Part shown: positions 41,683 to 53,100 of the stretch, piece after piece | How positions within the stretch are numbered: the first letter of the stretch is position 1 | Layout: every line of letters starts with the position of its first letter | Origin: Camelus ferus | Taxonomy: Eukaryota | Length of the DNA: 64,000 bases | Assembly (NCBI RefSeq): GCF_009834535.1 | Contig: NC_045697.1 | Span: 82,400,001 to 82,464,000 of the forward strand | Reading direction: 5' to 3' | Program-made: the position numbers and the translations under genes | Notes under the pieces: generated by a model | Database searches by the model: none | Seen by the model: only the letters and a program-made list of their open reading frames with translations | Told to the model about the DNA's origin: nothing

Positions 41683-43529
41683 CTAATTCAGTATTCAAAC
41701 ATAACATAAAAAAGGAAATCAAGACTTGTTATTGCAAAATGTAACATTTTTATCCAAATGCACACCTTTTCATGTGTTAAAAAAATTTCAATTTTATTAA
41801 AGTTTTCTAGGTTCTGAAATACAATATGTCTTCCTAATAACTTGATGTAGTTTTAACACACAGGAAAGCAGTTTTAATTTCTAGGCAGAATAATGAAGCT
41901 GTTCAAAACTGAGTTTTTGCTGTGTTCAAGAAATGGTTTGCTTCTAATAATACATGATATACCAATGAAATATTAATTTTGAAACTTTTAAAAAGAAAAT
42001 GCAAAGAATATTAACCCTTATTTCACTTTAGACTTCCTTTAAACCACACTGCATAATCATTTTACTTCCGTTCATGCAACACCAATTATAATATCCAATC
42101 AACCTTCTAGATTTTAAGTTGCAATCAAATTCCTGTTGGGATTTCCACATACCATTGGGTGACAAGTTACGTCTGTTAAAGTTATTTTAAAGTCAGTTTT
42201 CAGCATAATATTTTGCACTTAAATATTCATACATTGTAAATCAAACATGAAAGTTTGATTTAATAAAATGGCTTGAGACCTAATTGAAATACACATAAAT
42301 AAAATGCCTGAAGTTTTGAGAAAATAATTGAAGCATCCAGGACAAATGACATTTATTTTCAAAACATGAATACTTAAAGACTTTACAGTCTACTTTATTA
42401 GTTGCTTAACTAAATGCCTTTATATGCATGAGTAAATGTAATCATATAATCAATAGAAAATTAAAAATTTGATTTATTTATGTGTTCTATTTTGAGGGTT
42501 TTTCTAATTCAGTAGATACTTGGATTGAAATTGTAAGGGACTGTTTGTATCTCTGCTCTCCATCTTCTGCATTAAGCTCTTCTTGGCCAGTGTTAGTCTT
42601 TTTTCACTTGTGATTCAAAGTCAGAAGTTAATTGTATACATTTTAGGCTGCCCAATGGAAAAGCAAAATAATCAGGCACTCATAACCTAATTAACCCTAG
42701 ATAATTATTCAGTATGACTGGGAGTAGCTAAAAAATTACTAACAAAATTCACCTAATTTTTTTTAAATATTGGAAAGCAGTTTCAGGATTAAAGGAATAA
42801 ACCTTTCAAAGCAAAATAATCAAACTCGTCATCCTAGGTCCCTTTACATTCACTGATACATTTTTTAAAACTCTGGAAGCATGACTGTGAGACTAATGCC
42901 TGTGAAAAATTTTGTTGCAGTGTAACCTACTTATCTCCTAGAATCTTGGAGTTTTAATACCTATAATAATACTAACTCTTTTCATCTAGTGGTAAATTGA
43001 AGGGCAAATGAAAGAAATTTAATGATGTCATCAAATATTCTCAGCAGGGTACTACTGTTTGCTTTCCTAAAGTATGGCTTTCTGCACTCAACAAAATGTA
43101 AGATGTATAATTTTTTTTTGATAAATTAAAATTTTAAATGATAAATGTTAAGAAATACTATTAATACACTCATGCATCTATGAGCAAAAGTTTAAAAAGA
43201 GTTTTAAAATTTACTGTACCCCTTCCAAACAAACTGCAAGTGGTGTTTTTAAACTGGAACATTTACTGTGCCAGTCTGCAGTTATTAAAGTAGAACTCCT
43301 GAAAAGACAATAAAATGTATTCTAAATAGTATCATACTCACACACAATACCTAATCAGAATAAGAAACCACAATTTCTGTTTAAACTTTGATATGCCTTA
43401 GTAAAAATTCAAGTCTCAGACTTTTAAACACTCAAGTTTAATGCTGAGCATGGGACAGGGTTATATTATAAACATCTAAAAAAGTTTATAACCATTGAGG
43501 CCTACTTCAGCAAACAAACAAAAATCTTA

Positions 43530-44590
43530 AAACTCTAAACTTAGACATAAAGGAAAACAAAAGCTCATAGTTAGTAGAAGCAAGGAAATAACAAAGATCA
43601 TAGTAGAAGTAAATGAAATACAGGCAAAAAAATAGTAATAGAAAAGATCAATGAAACTAGGAGCTGGTTCTTTGAAAAGAAACACAAAATTGATAAACCT
43701 TTTGCCCAGACTCATCAAGAAAAAAAAGAGGGCCCAATTAAATAAAATCAGAAATCAAAGAGGGAATGTTGCAACTGAAGCTACAAAAATACAAAGGATC
43801 ATATGAGATTACTACAAACAATTATATGCAAAAAAACTGGACATCCTAGAGGAAGTGGATAAATTCCTAGATAGATACAATCTTCCAATACTGAATCAGC
43901 AACAAATAAAAAAAAATCTGACCAGAACAATCACTAGTAATGAAATTGAATTATTAATCAAAATTATCCCTATAAACAAAATTCCAGGAGCAGACAGCTT
44001 CACAGGGAAATTCTAACATTTAAAGAGTTAAAACCTGTCCTTCTTAAACTATTCTAAAAGTTGAAGTGGAAAAAACGCTTCCACACTGTATTCCAGGAGG
44101 CCAGCATTACTCTGATACTAAAACCAGATAAAAACTCTATGAGAGAAGAAAAATACAGGCCAATAACCCTGATGAATATAAAGGCAAAATTCTCAACAAA
44201 ATATTATCAAACTGAATTCAACACCATGTTAAAGGATCGTATACCATGATCAAGAGGGATTTATTCTAGGGATGTAAGGATAACTCAACATCCACAAATC
44301 AAATACTGTGGTAAACAGAAATCATATGATCATTTCAATAGATGCAGCAAAGCATTTCACAGAATTTAACATCGATTTATGATAAAACTATCAACAAAGC
44401 GGGTATAGAGGCAACATACCTCAACATAATAAAGGCCATTTATGACAAGCCCAGAGAAAACGTAATACTCAGTGGTGAAAAGCTTTTCCTCTAAGATCAG
44501 GAGTAAGACAAGGATACCCACTATTGCCCCTTTTATTCAACATAGTATTGGAAGTCCTGGCCACCGCAATCAGATAAGAAAAAGAGACAC
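43530..44590 (+). mobile_element. L1 ORF2 (RT N-terminal) fragment
   Basis: ORF 44061..44249 FQEASITLILKPDK..YRPITLMNI; tcatttcaatagatgcag, gatcaggagtaagacaagga. Confidence 0.92.
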
Positions 44591-45042
44591 CAGAGGAGAG
44601 ATTTTTCTTCAATTAAAAAAAAAAAATCCCCTATTATGAAGGTGAGAGGAATCCATATCAGCTCTTTAGAAATGCTTGGGCTGCATGGATCTCCACTAAC
44701 ACATGTAGATGTGCAAGAAACGTGAATAAAATTCAGTGACTGATCATTTTACTTCAGGACAAAAACAGACCACTAACCATAAACATATATTATCAGAAGT
44801 TAGACCTGCATTTATCTCAGACCTAGACTTTCCAGGGAATTTAATTTTTTGAGGTCTTTTTGAAAGGTTTAATGGATGTTAGTAGGAATGGTAAAGAATA
44901 AAATTTCTTGCTAGGATACAAACAGTCTGACTGGGTTTGAATGAAATATACACATAGAAGCTGGGTCTTACTAATAAAACAACTCACTCAAAAATATAAC
45001 CCTAAGTTAAGATTTTAAGCTGTATATTGAGTATTAAACTAC

Positions 45043-45408
45043 CTAAATACTGTATGACTGAATCTGGGTCTGTAACAGTGACCTATGATGGGCCTATATG
45101 GGACCAGTGTTTCCATGGTCACCATTAGCTTGGAGAAATAAGTTGCATAGCCTGCATTTGGTAAACTTTTTGGGCAGCAACTTAATTTTGGTTGGAAATA
45201 CACATCTTCATACATATATCTCCTCCCTCTCAGGGAGAAAGGTGTCAATGTCTTTAGGTAAGTCCATTGTTGTGGATACTGATGATTGAAGGAAAGATGG
45301 AAGCAGTAATGATGACCAATGATATTAAGGTAGGTGTCTATTACCTCAGAATTACAAATTTCATTTTATTTCTCTGCCTCACATCAAACAAGTATGTCAT
45401 ACCCTTCT
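45043..45408 (-). pseudogene. Putative exon 3 (366 nt, phase 2 to 2)
   Basis: Acceptor ttcatttttcataattcAG; EGYDILV*CEAEK*NEICNSEVIDTYLNIIGHHY...LKTLTPFSLRGRR...RPRFSHTVF(R); two early stops then ~107 open codons (contains ORF 45039..45248); donor AG|gtagtt. Confidence 0.7.
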
Positions 45409-46006
45409 CTGAATTATGAAAAATGAAGGCAGTATCAAACATACAATCTGTCATGATCTCAACATTGTTCTTTATGTGGATTCACAGTTACAAGTTGACA
45501 CCATTTTTTAAAATGCCTTTGAAAAAACTATCTACCATTGAAGCATGTTGAGTCTAATCAACTTAACTATGAAATCAAGATATCAATATTTCATAATAAT
45601 TAGTTTCTTATGAATTAAAATTCATATATATGGCAAATTTAAATATTTTGAAAGCTGAGTATGCTATTTATTTTTGTTACATTTTTTAAAAACTCTGAAA
45701 GCTAGCTTAGTAGGGAGAGACAGGCACACAAAAATGCATTTGTACAACTATAAACATGAAGATTTAAGTTAAACTTTCCAAATTTATGAAACACTCTGGG
45801 TCTTCATACACATATGAACCATTGTACTGTGTTTAAATTACATTGTATTTCTCACTGTAAAACTGCTGTGTGTAAATACAGAAGGATAATTATTTGAAGC
45901 TGTTAAATATTTTTAATTTATTGTGTTGCATAATGACTCATAGTTTATTAGTAGTAAGATATAAATAAAAGTGACCTACAATTATTTTAGTTTTCAATCA
46001 AATTAC

Positions 46007-46136
46007 GGGGATGATCTTATCTCTTTTACGTTATATACTGAAATAGGTATTTGATTCCTAATCTTTACGGTGTACAGCTTTGTCAGTTTTGGAGAGTATC
46101 TATCTGGATCATACTGGAAAGCAAAGTTACATCTAG
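46007..46136 (-). pseudogene. Putative exon 2 (130 nt, phase 1 to 2), stop-free
   Basis: Acceptor tctttatttAG; (T)RCNFAFQYDPDRYSPKLTKLYTVKIRNQIPISVYNVKEIRSS(P); donor CC|gtaatt. Confidence 0.6.
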
Positions 46137-46512
46137 CTAAATAAAGATACATTTTTTTCTCTAGGTATTAAATAGCTCCCACATGTTAGTGATATGAATT
46201 CCCTTGTTAAATAAGTTAAGAATACCCTAAATGCTACCAAGTGAGTATGCAATAACTAAAAAAAAAAAAAAACACTCCATATGTTCTGCAATATTTTAGT
46301 CTCTCCCCTTTAACATAATTGAAATAATAAAGTTATATTCAAGTTTATGTTTAGTTATTTCTGAAATTCATTATTTGCAGCCAAATTAAGGGTTCAAATT
46401 CATTGCATGTTGTAAAAAATACTGAATATGCATAATTTTTCCGTCCAATATTTCCATTCCAAAATATTATGTTAAAAACTTTAAAAATTTGTGTTCACAT
46501 GCTATTATTTAC

Positions 46513-46701
46513 TAAAATTTTAGAATATGGCTTTTTGGCCATTAGTGAATTTTTATGCAAGTGCAGTTTTATTCAAAGTAGACAGTGTCTTTGTACTGTT
46601 GAGGTGAAGCCCTTTCTTAAGAGTATGCAGTGGCAAAAGCCTACCAAACACATTGAAGAATAATTGAATAAGTATAATTTACTTTATGACTTGCTGATCA
46701 T
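46513..46701 (-). pseudogene. Putative exon 1: ATG, basic residues, hydrophobic anchor/signal and N-glycosylated stem
   Basis: ATG at 46701; with one frameshift reads MIS(K)VIK*IILIQLFFNVFGRLLPLHTLKKGLHLNSTKTLSTLNKTALA*KFTNGQKAIF*NF; donor A|gtaaat in phase 1, matching the next exon. Confidence 0.4.
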
Positions 46702-47320
46702 TAAGTAGAAATGTATTTTCTAAATTACATAAAGACTAAAAAGATATGTTTTGAGTTATTTGAGCTTTGATCTCATTCTTAATTGAAATAATTCTAATTA
46801 TTTGATGTAATTCTAAATCTCAGATTGTATCAAAGAAATCTGATTCCATGGACAGGGAGCCTCTAATGATGGCTGCAATCTTCATGGTCCTGAGCCCCAA
46901 ATGTTCACGTGTTCAGCAGTTACTGCCATGCCAGATGCCAGACACAGGTGATTAACATGATACAGTAATTAGTAGACATGGCTCCCATTTAAAGGGCGTA
47001 TTGCTGGAGGTAGATTGGTGGATGGAGAAAGAGATGATAGAAGAAAAGTAAACAGGTTGATAAAACTGCGTAAGCAAAAGTAAAGATATCCTTTAAGGTC
47101 AAAAGTTTTTTGGAGGAGGTAATGCTTTGGGGAAAAACGTATAATTCTTTGTTGTAGAAATTCTATGTGTGAAGGATAGAATTTGAGTACAAGGTTAATC
47201 AGATGAGTCAGAAATCTGTCACATTTACTCAGATAAAGAGGATAACTTAAAACTAAAAAAAAAAAAAAATGAGAAAAATGCGTGCGGTAATTGGATGAAC
47301 ATGGCTGTGTGGGTGAGGTT

Positions 47321-47732
47321 TGTCATAAAGAGTTAAGCTCTCTTTCGATATTTGACTGCAAGTAGCTTTTATGCCTCACACCTGCCTCTTCTTGTGTCTC
47401 TCACCAGGCCAATATTGTACGGAAGCCCAGGTGTTCCCCCTCTAGTACCTGCAGGAATCAGAACACCCAATCGCCTGCCTCCCTACGGGAGTCGTCACTC
47501 GGGCCCGCCCTCTAACCACAATAAAAGCCCCAACCCAGTCTGCTTTCCTGGTTCTCTCCAGCCACCCCGGACCTGCTTGAGGCTGTTCTGCTCATCCCAG
47601 AGATCTCAGTTACGTAAGTCACAACTCTTTTCCTGACTTCTTGGTGTGTGTGCGTTGATACCCTCTCTTGCCACATTCAAACCAGGTTTTGGGTGAAGGT
47701 TCCTCCTGTTTTTACAGCGCGGCCCGGGTACA
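47321..47732 (+). mobile_element. Solo ERV LTR
   Basis: TG start (tgtcataaagagttaa), CpG-containing U3-like region, caataaaagcccc at ~47519, ends ..gggtaca; embedded in L2-like sequence. Confidence 0.65.
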
Positions 47733-47996
47733 ATAATGTTGAAAGGAGTTTAATGGAGTAAGACTTCCAGGTTTTTACTGTAGGTTACTAGGTATTGATT
47801 CTCTTTTATTATAAAAAAAAAGGGGGGGGGGGTCTGGATCATAATGAAGTTTGTTAGAGGTCATAATGATTTTTCGCTTTTATGTCTATTGAATTTAAGT
47901 TTCCTGCTGAACTGGTTAGTTGTTTAGCCTACTTTTGGCTTAGGAAATCAAAAGAGAATATAGAAGTCAAAGTCATTTTAATATAAGGAGTATTAC

Positions 47997-48600
47997 TGGG
48001 AAGAGGGAAATAAGAGTTACCTTGGTTCATAGTCACCTGAAAAAAAATTTTTTTCAGAAGAGACAGAAAATATGATGTAAACAAGATTTTATTAGTAAAG
48101 TAAAAAGGTAGTAAAATATAGTAGACTCCTGAGAATTGGCAGCGGGCCAACCCAGGAGAGGGAAAATGGCGCTGCTCCTTTGTTTTTCCTGTTTTTATAC
48201 CCTGGCTTTGGGGGCGTTTTTGTAATTGATTGATTCACGGCTCAGGTTCTTCGAGTGCTCAGGCTGATTGACAGCTCAGGTTCCTTGTGCTCAGGCACGC
48301 CCATCTCTGTTGAGTATGTTCTTACCCACGAAGCGCGCAGAGAAACCCACGGGAGGGGCTCAAACTGTAATGTTAATTACATTACAATGAGCACTGAGTC
48401 AGGTTAAGCCAGGTCCTTCTGTCTATTCCGCAGCCGCATCGTTTCGATCCTAGCCAGCTTCTTTGCTGGCCCTCATTTAGAGAAAGTAAATGTTTTTGGA
48501 GCCCCTTATCCTGCGTGCAGGTGTGCTGTTATTTTCTGGATTGCTCCTGTTCCCGTCCTCTCCCCCTGCCCGGTGCTCATTTCTATCTAACTGCCTAACA
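47997..48600 (-). mobile_element. Relatively young solo ERV1-type LTR
   Basis: - strand starts tgttaggcagttagatag, has TATA (ggtataaaa, ~48190-48200) and AATAAA (~48088-48093), ends ..cttccca; retains many CpGs. Confidence 0.8.
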
Positions 48601-50199
48601 CGACTACTTGAAAGTATGTGAAAGTTCAAGTCAGCCAGGAAAGTGTTTTTGGAGTCAAAAAACAGGAATTACCATAATTCATATAGTTTAAGGTTTTCTA
48701 TTAAATAACTGTTCTCATGAAAATAACAGTGAAGTCTAATCACCCATTTTAACATAGTAAGTTCAAATGAAAATGCCATCAGTGGTAGATGAAAAGAAAT
48801 CCTAGCAACAGATGGATTCTCTCATTATATATATATAGCACTTTTCATGCTTTTTAGATTTTAGGATGACTTCAGAACTAAACCAGCAGTTTATAGTAGT
48901 TGCAAAAGCTGCCTTCTACAGCATATGTGCTAATTATAAGTATTCTTTTTCATTTACAATGTCTTATTAACATGGATTTATGCATAGCTAGTTAATGGTT
49001 TCCTTACAAATTCATGTAAACATGCACCCATTTCTAATATACGGTAAAAAAAAATAATAATAATTAATAATTGGGACTGTTTCCTGTTTCATGCCTACTG
49101 GGCTCTTCTTTCACCAAACCATATTAAAAATGGAAAAAACACAAAATTTGAAAAAAAAATTGTAGGTAAAACTTTCCAGACATTGCTTTGCTGTATAAGA
49201 CTAAATACATTCAGATTAGAGAGCCTTCCTCCTTGAGTGAAGCTCTGCTCAGCTGAGTTGATTCTTCTTTAATTCTTTGGTCACTGGTTTCAGTGACTAT
49301 TTCAGCTATTCTAGATCTGAGCACATCCTCTTTTAGACACTATTATACTCTGAGTAACCCAAAATTCTATGCTCTAATTAAGTTATTCAGGTGGATATGT
49401 AATTAAATTTCTTTGGGTAGAAAGGTCATTTCAGTGAACCAGGAAAGCACAAAAAAGCAATTTAAAATTAACTTTAAATTTTGTTACTTATGATAAAAGT
49501 TTTCTAAAGAACATGAAAATGTAAAATCAGTTTACTTGGGAGAAATATAAAACTTTATCTTTAAACTTAACTCCTGTCAATTTTCGTAAAAGATTTAGAT
49601 TTATTAAAATTCTTTTATAATTAAATGACAACCACTTTTCCTATATTTAAAATGTTAACATTCATATTTCTCTATTTCTTACTTGTATGAAATTGTAGTG
49701 AAGTTCAGAAATTAGACTCCCTAATCTTTCCTCCCCCTTAAACCCACTTTCTTAATTTTTATAAACCCAATGCTTCTATTTTTTTTAACCTGAAATATTT
49801 AGGGTCAGATTTCTACAAATAGAATTGTGTATAAAACTCAAGCTATTTGACAGGAATGTTGAAGTTTGAACTGATCAACTCAGTCCTTCACTATTTTTCA
49901 CCTGGAGTTGCATAATCTCTGTATGACACTGAAACAATCCACATCTAAACCATTACTCGCTTTGGTATGAGACTAAACGTACTTGAGTTCAATTACTGAA
50001 ACAATGTCTCTGTTTCTCTGAATAAGTTAACAGTTAGTGCATCAGTTTCTATCACAGAGTAGCTGGCACGTGGATCCTGTCTGAACTGAATTTTAAGAAA
50101 CAACTTTAGAAACCATCGTATAATATTTTAGATAAAATCTTCTGGCAATACATTCAGGAAAAAAAGTCATAATAAAAACATAGCCTAAATACCTTTGCT

Positions 50200-53100
50200 T
50201 TGTTCTAGTTAGTTAGATTCTCCTGAATGCAGACTTGTTAAAGAGAACAGGGTGGTCTCCTGTATTTCAATAGGGTTTCTTTTTCCCTCCCCCTGCTGGA
50301 AGCATGAAGTGATTTTAATCTAATATTTACTGTGAGAACCTGGAGGTAAATGTCATAAACTTGTGCAGGCTCCCCTGTGACGGGATACCCTTGGAGTTAA
50401 CTGAATTGTCCACACTGAGCCACTAGCACTTTGTCAGTTATGGATCAGGCTTTCCTACCCTGACACTGGTTACCTCTAGGATCTCCACCAGGTTCTTGGG
50501 AAATAATAGAAAACATCCTCTCATTCTTCCAGCAGAGGAAGGAAAAAGGAAACTCTTTTGTAATACACCAGAACACTCTGTTCTTCCTGAACAAGACCTG
50601 CCCACAGGAGAAACTAACCCGAGCCTAACGTTCTGCGTTTGATCAGAGTCTAATGGAACTTGGGGAAAGGATATCCCTAACTCCAGCCACTCTAGCTACC
50701 CTATCCCATCCGAGGGAAGAGGGGAAAAATGAGAAGCACTTGTAAAGCTTTCACACCAGGGCACAGACTCAATAACAGACTGACAACTGATCACAGGACA
50801 ATGGTATGCTTCCCCTGCTCTGACACCTCACCACATCATTACTAAAGGCATATCTGCAGCAGTTCCTTGGACTTAGTACATCATGTCTGGCTATCAAGAA
50901 ATAATTATAAGTCATACTAAAAACCAAAAAAAACCTTTCCCCTCAAAAAATTGTTTTTGATGAGGCAGCATCAAATTAGACATGGCAGGGATGTTGCAAT
51001 GATAATATTGGTCTTTTAAAATCACTATGATTAATTTGCTCTGTGACAAAAAGGCTCTAATGAATAAAGTAGGTAGCATGCAAGATCAGAAGGGCAGTAT
51101 AAGCAGATGAAAATCTGAAGGAAAAAAAACAAAATTGCTAGAAGCAAAACATTGTAACAACAATGAAGAATTACATTGGTTTTAGTAATTCCCTGGACAT
51201 AAATGATGAAAGAATCTTTGAATTTGAAGATATATCAATAAAGACCTATTATGCTGAAAAGCAAAGAGAACAAACCTGAGGAAAAGAACAGAATATCCAA
51301 GGACTATGGGACAACTACTAATGTTGTAACATACATGTAATGGAAAAACACAAGGCAAAGAGAAACAGAAAAAATAGGTGAAACAGTGACAGGGAATTTT
51401 CCTTTTTCTTTTCTTTTTTATTGAAGTACAGTCAATTACAATGTGTCAATTTCTGGTGTGCAGCACAGTGTCCCATTCATACATATACATACATATGTTT
51501 GTTTTCACAAAAGGCTATTACAAGATATTGAACATAGTTCCCTGGCTATACAGAAGAAACTATTTTTAAATCTGTTTTTATACATAGTGGCTAACATTTG
51601 TAAATCTCAAACTCCAAATTTATCCCTTCCTGCCTGCTTTCCCTGGTAACCATAAGATCGTTCATTACGTCTGTGAGTCTGTTTCTGTTTTGCAGATGAG
51701 TTCATAGTGTCTTTTTTTTTTTTTTTAAGATTCCACACATGATTGATATATTGAATTTTTCTTTCTCTTTCTGGCTTACTTCACTTAGAATGATGATCTC
51801 TAGGTTCATCCCTGTTGCTGCAGATGGTATTGTTTTATTCTTTATATGGCTGAGTAGTATTCCATTGTATAAATATACCACAACTTCTTTATCCAGTCAT
51901 CTGTTGATGGACATTTAGTTTGTTTCCATCTCTTGGCTAATGTATACAGTGCTGCTATGAACATTGGGGTGTGTGTATCTTTTCAAATTAAGTTCCCTCT
52001 GGATACATACCCAGAAGTGGGATTGCTGGATCATATCGTGGATCTGTTCTTAGTTTTCTGAGGAATCTCCATACTGTTTTGCATAATGGCTATACTAAAC
52101 TAAATTCCCATCAGCACTGTAGGAGGGTTCCCTTTTCTCCACACCCTCGCCAGCATTTATCGTTCATGGACTTTTGAATGATGGCTGTTGTGACTGGTGT
52201 GAGAAACCTCATTGTAGTTTTGATGTACATTTCTCTGATAATTAGTGATATTGAGCATTTTTTCATGTACCTGTTGGCCATTTGTATGTCTTCACTGAGG
52301 AATTGCTTGTTTAGGTCTTCTGCCCATTTTTGGATTGGGTTGTTTGGTTTTTTTGTTTGTTTGTTAAGTTTTATGAGCTATTTATATGTCCTGGAAATTA
52401 AGCCTTTGTCAGTTACATCATTTGCAAATATTTTCTCCCATTCCAAAGTTGTCATTTTGTTTTGCTTATGGTTTCCTTTCCTGTGCAAAAGCTTTTAAGT
52501 TTAATTAGATCTCATGTGTTTATTTTTGCTCTTATTTCTATTGCTTGGGTAGACTGCCCTAGGAGAACATTGCTAAGATTTATGTCAGAGTTTTGCCTAT
52601 GTTTCCTTCTAGGAGATTTATCATGTCTTGTCTTATGTTTAAGTCTTTAAGCCATTTAGAGTTTATTTTTGTGTATGGGGTGAGGGAGTGTTCTAACTTC
52701 ATTGATTTACTTTCTGCTATCCAGTTTTCCAAATATCACTTGCTGAAGAGACTGTCTTTTCTCCATTGTGTATTCTTGCCTCTTTTGCCAAAGATTAATT
52801 GATCATAGGTCTGTGGATTTATTTCTGGGCTCTCTACTCTGTTCTATTGATTGATGTCTGTTTTTATGCCAATACCATGCTGTCTTGGAATTTTCCTGTT
52901 TTAATGTCAGATACCAAACTATAGATCTAGAAGGATCAGAAATAACCAAGCAGTATAAATGCCAACAAATCCAGACCTAGCCATATCACCTTCTAACAAA
53001 GAATCAAAAATAAAGAAAAAATCCTGGGGCGGGGTAGAAGCCAGGGTTGGGGGGATAATACTATACCAATAGGGGAACAAAGATAAGAATTACGATCTGA

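Larger units (their letters stand above)
40000..46701 (-). pseudogene. Decayed multi-exon gene (about 6 exons, ~480 codons), candidate four-jointed/FAM20/GASK-like secretory kinase pseudogene
   Basis: Manually assembled - strand exons 46701-46513, 46136-46007, 45408-45043, 41682-41454, 41215(or 41085)-40933, 40302-~40000 with GT-AG ends and junction phases 1,2,2,0,0. Several in-frame stops and a few frameshifts; kinase-like motifs in the expected order. Confidence 0.65.

Noticed and set aside
45234..45257. + strand AG..GTAAGT microexon
   Set aside because: Encodes a stop in the phase-0 frame required after the 3192-3286 exon; lies within the better-supported - strand exon.
41454..45408. Selenoprotein or readthrough explanation for in-frame TGAs
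   Set aside because: TAA stops and frameshifts also occur; CpG decay explains the TGAs.
52178..52802. Overlapping hydrophobic ORFs
   Set aside because: Typical antisense-L1 ORF2 translation artefacts.
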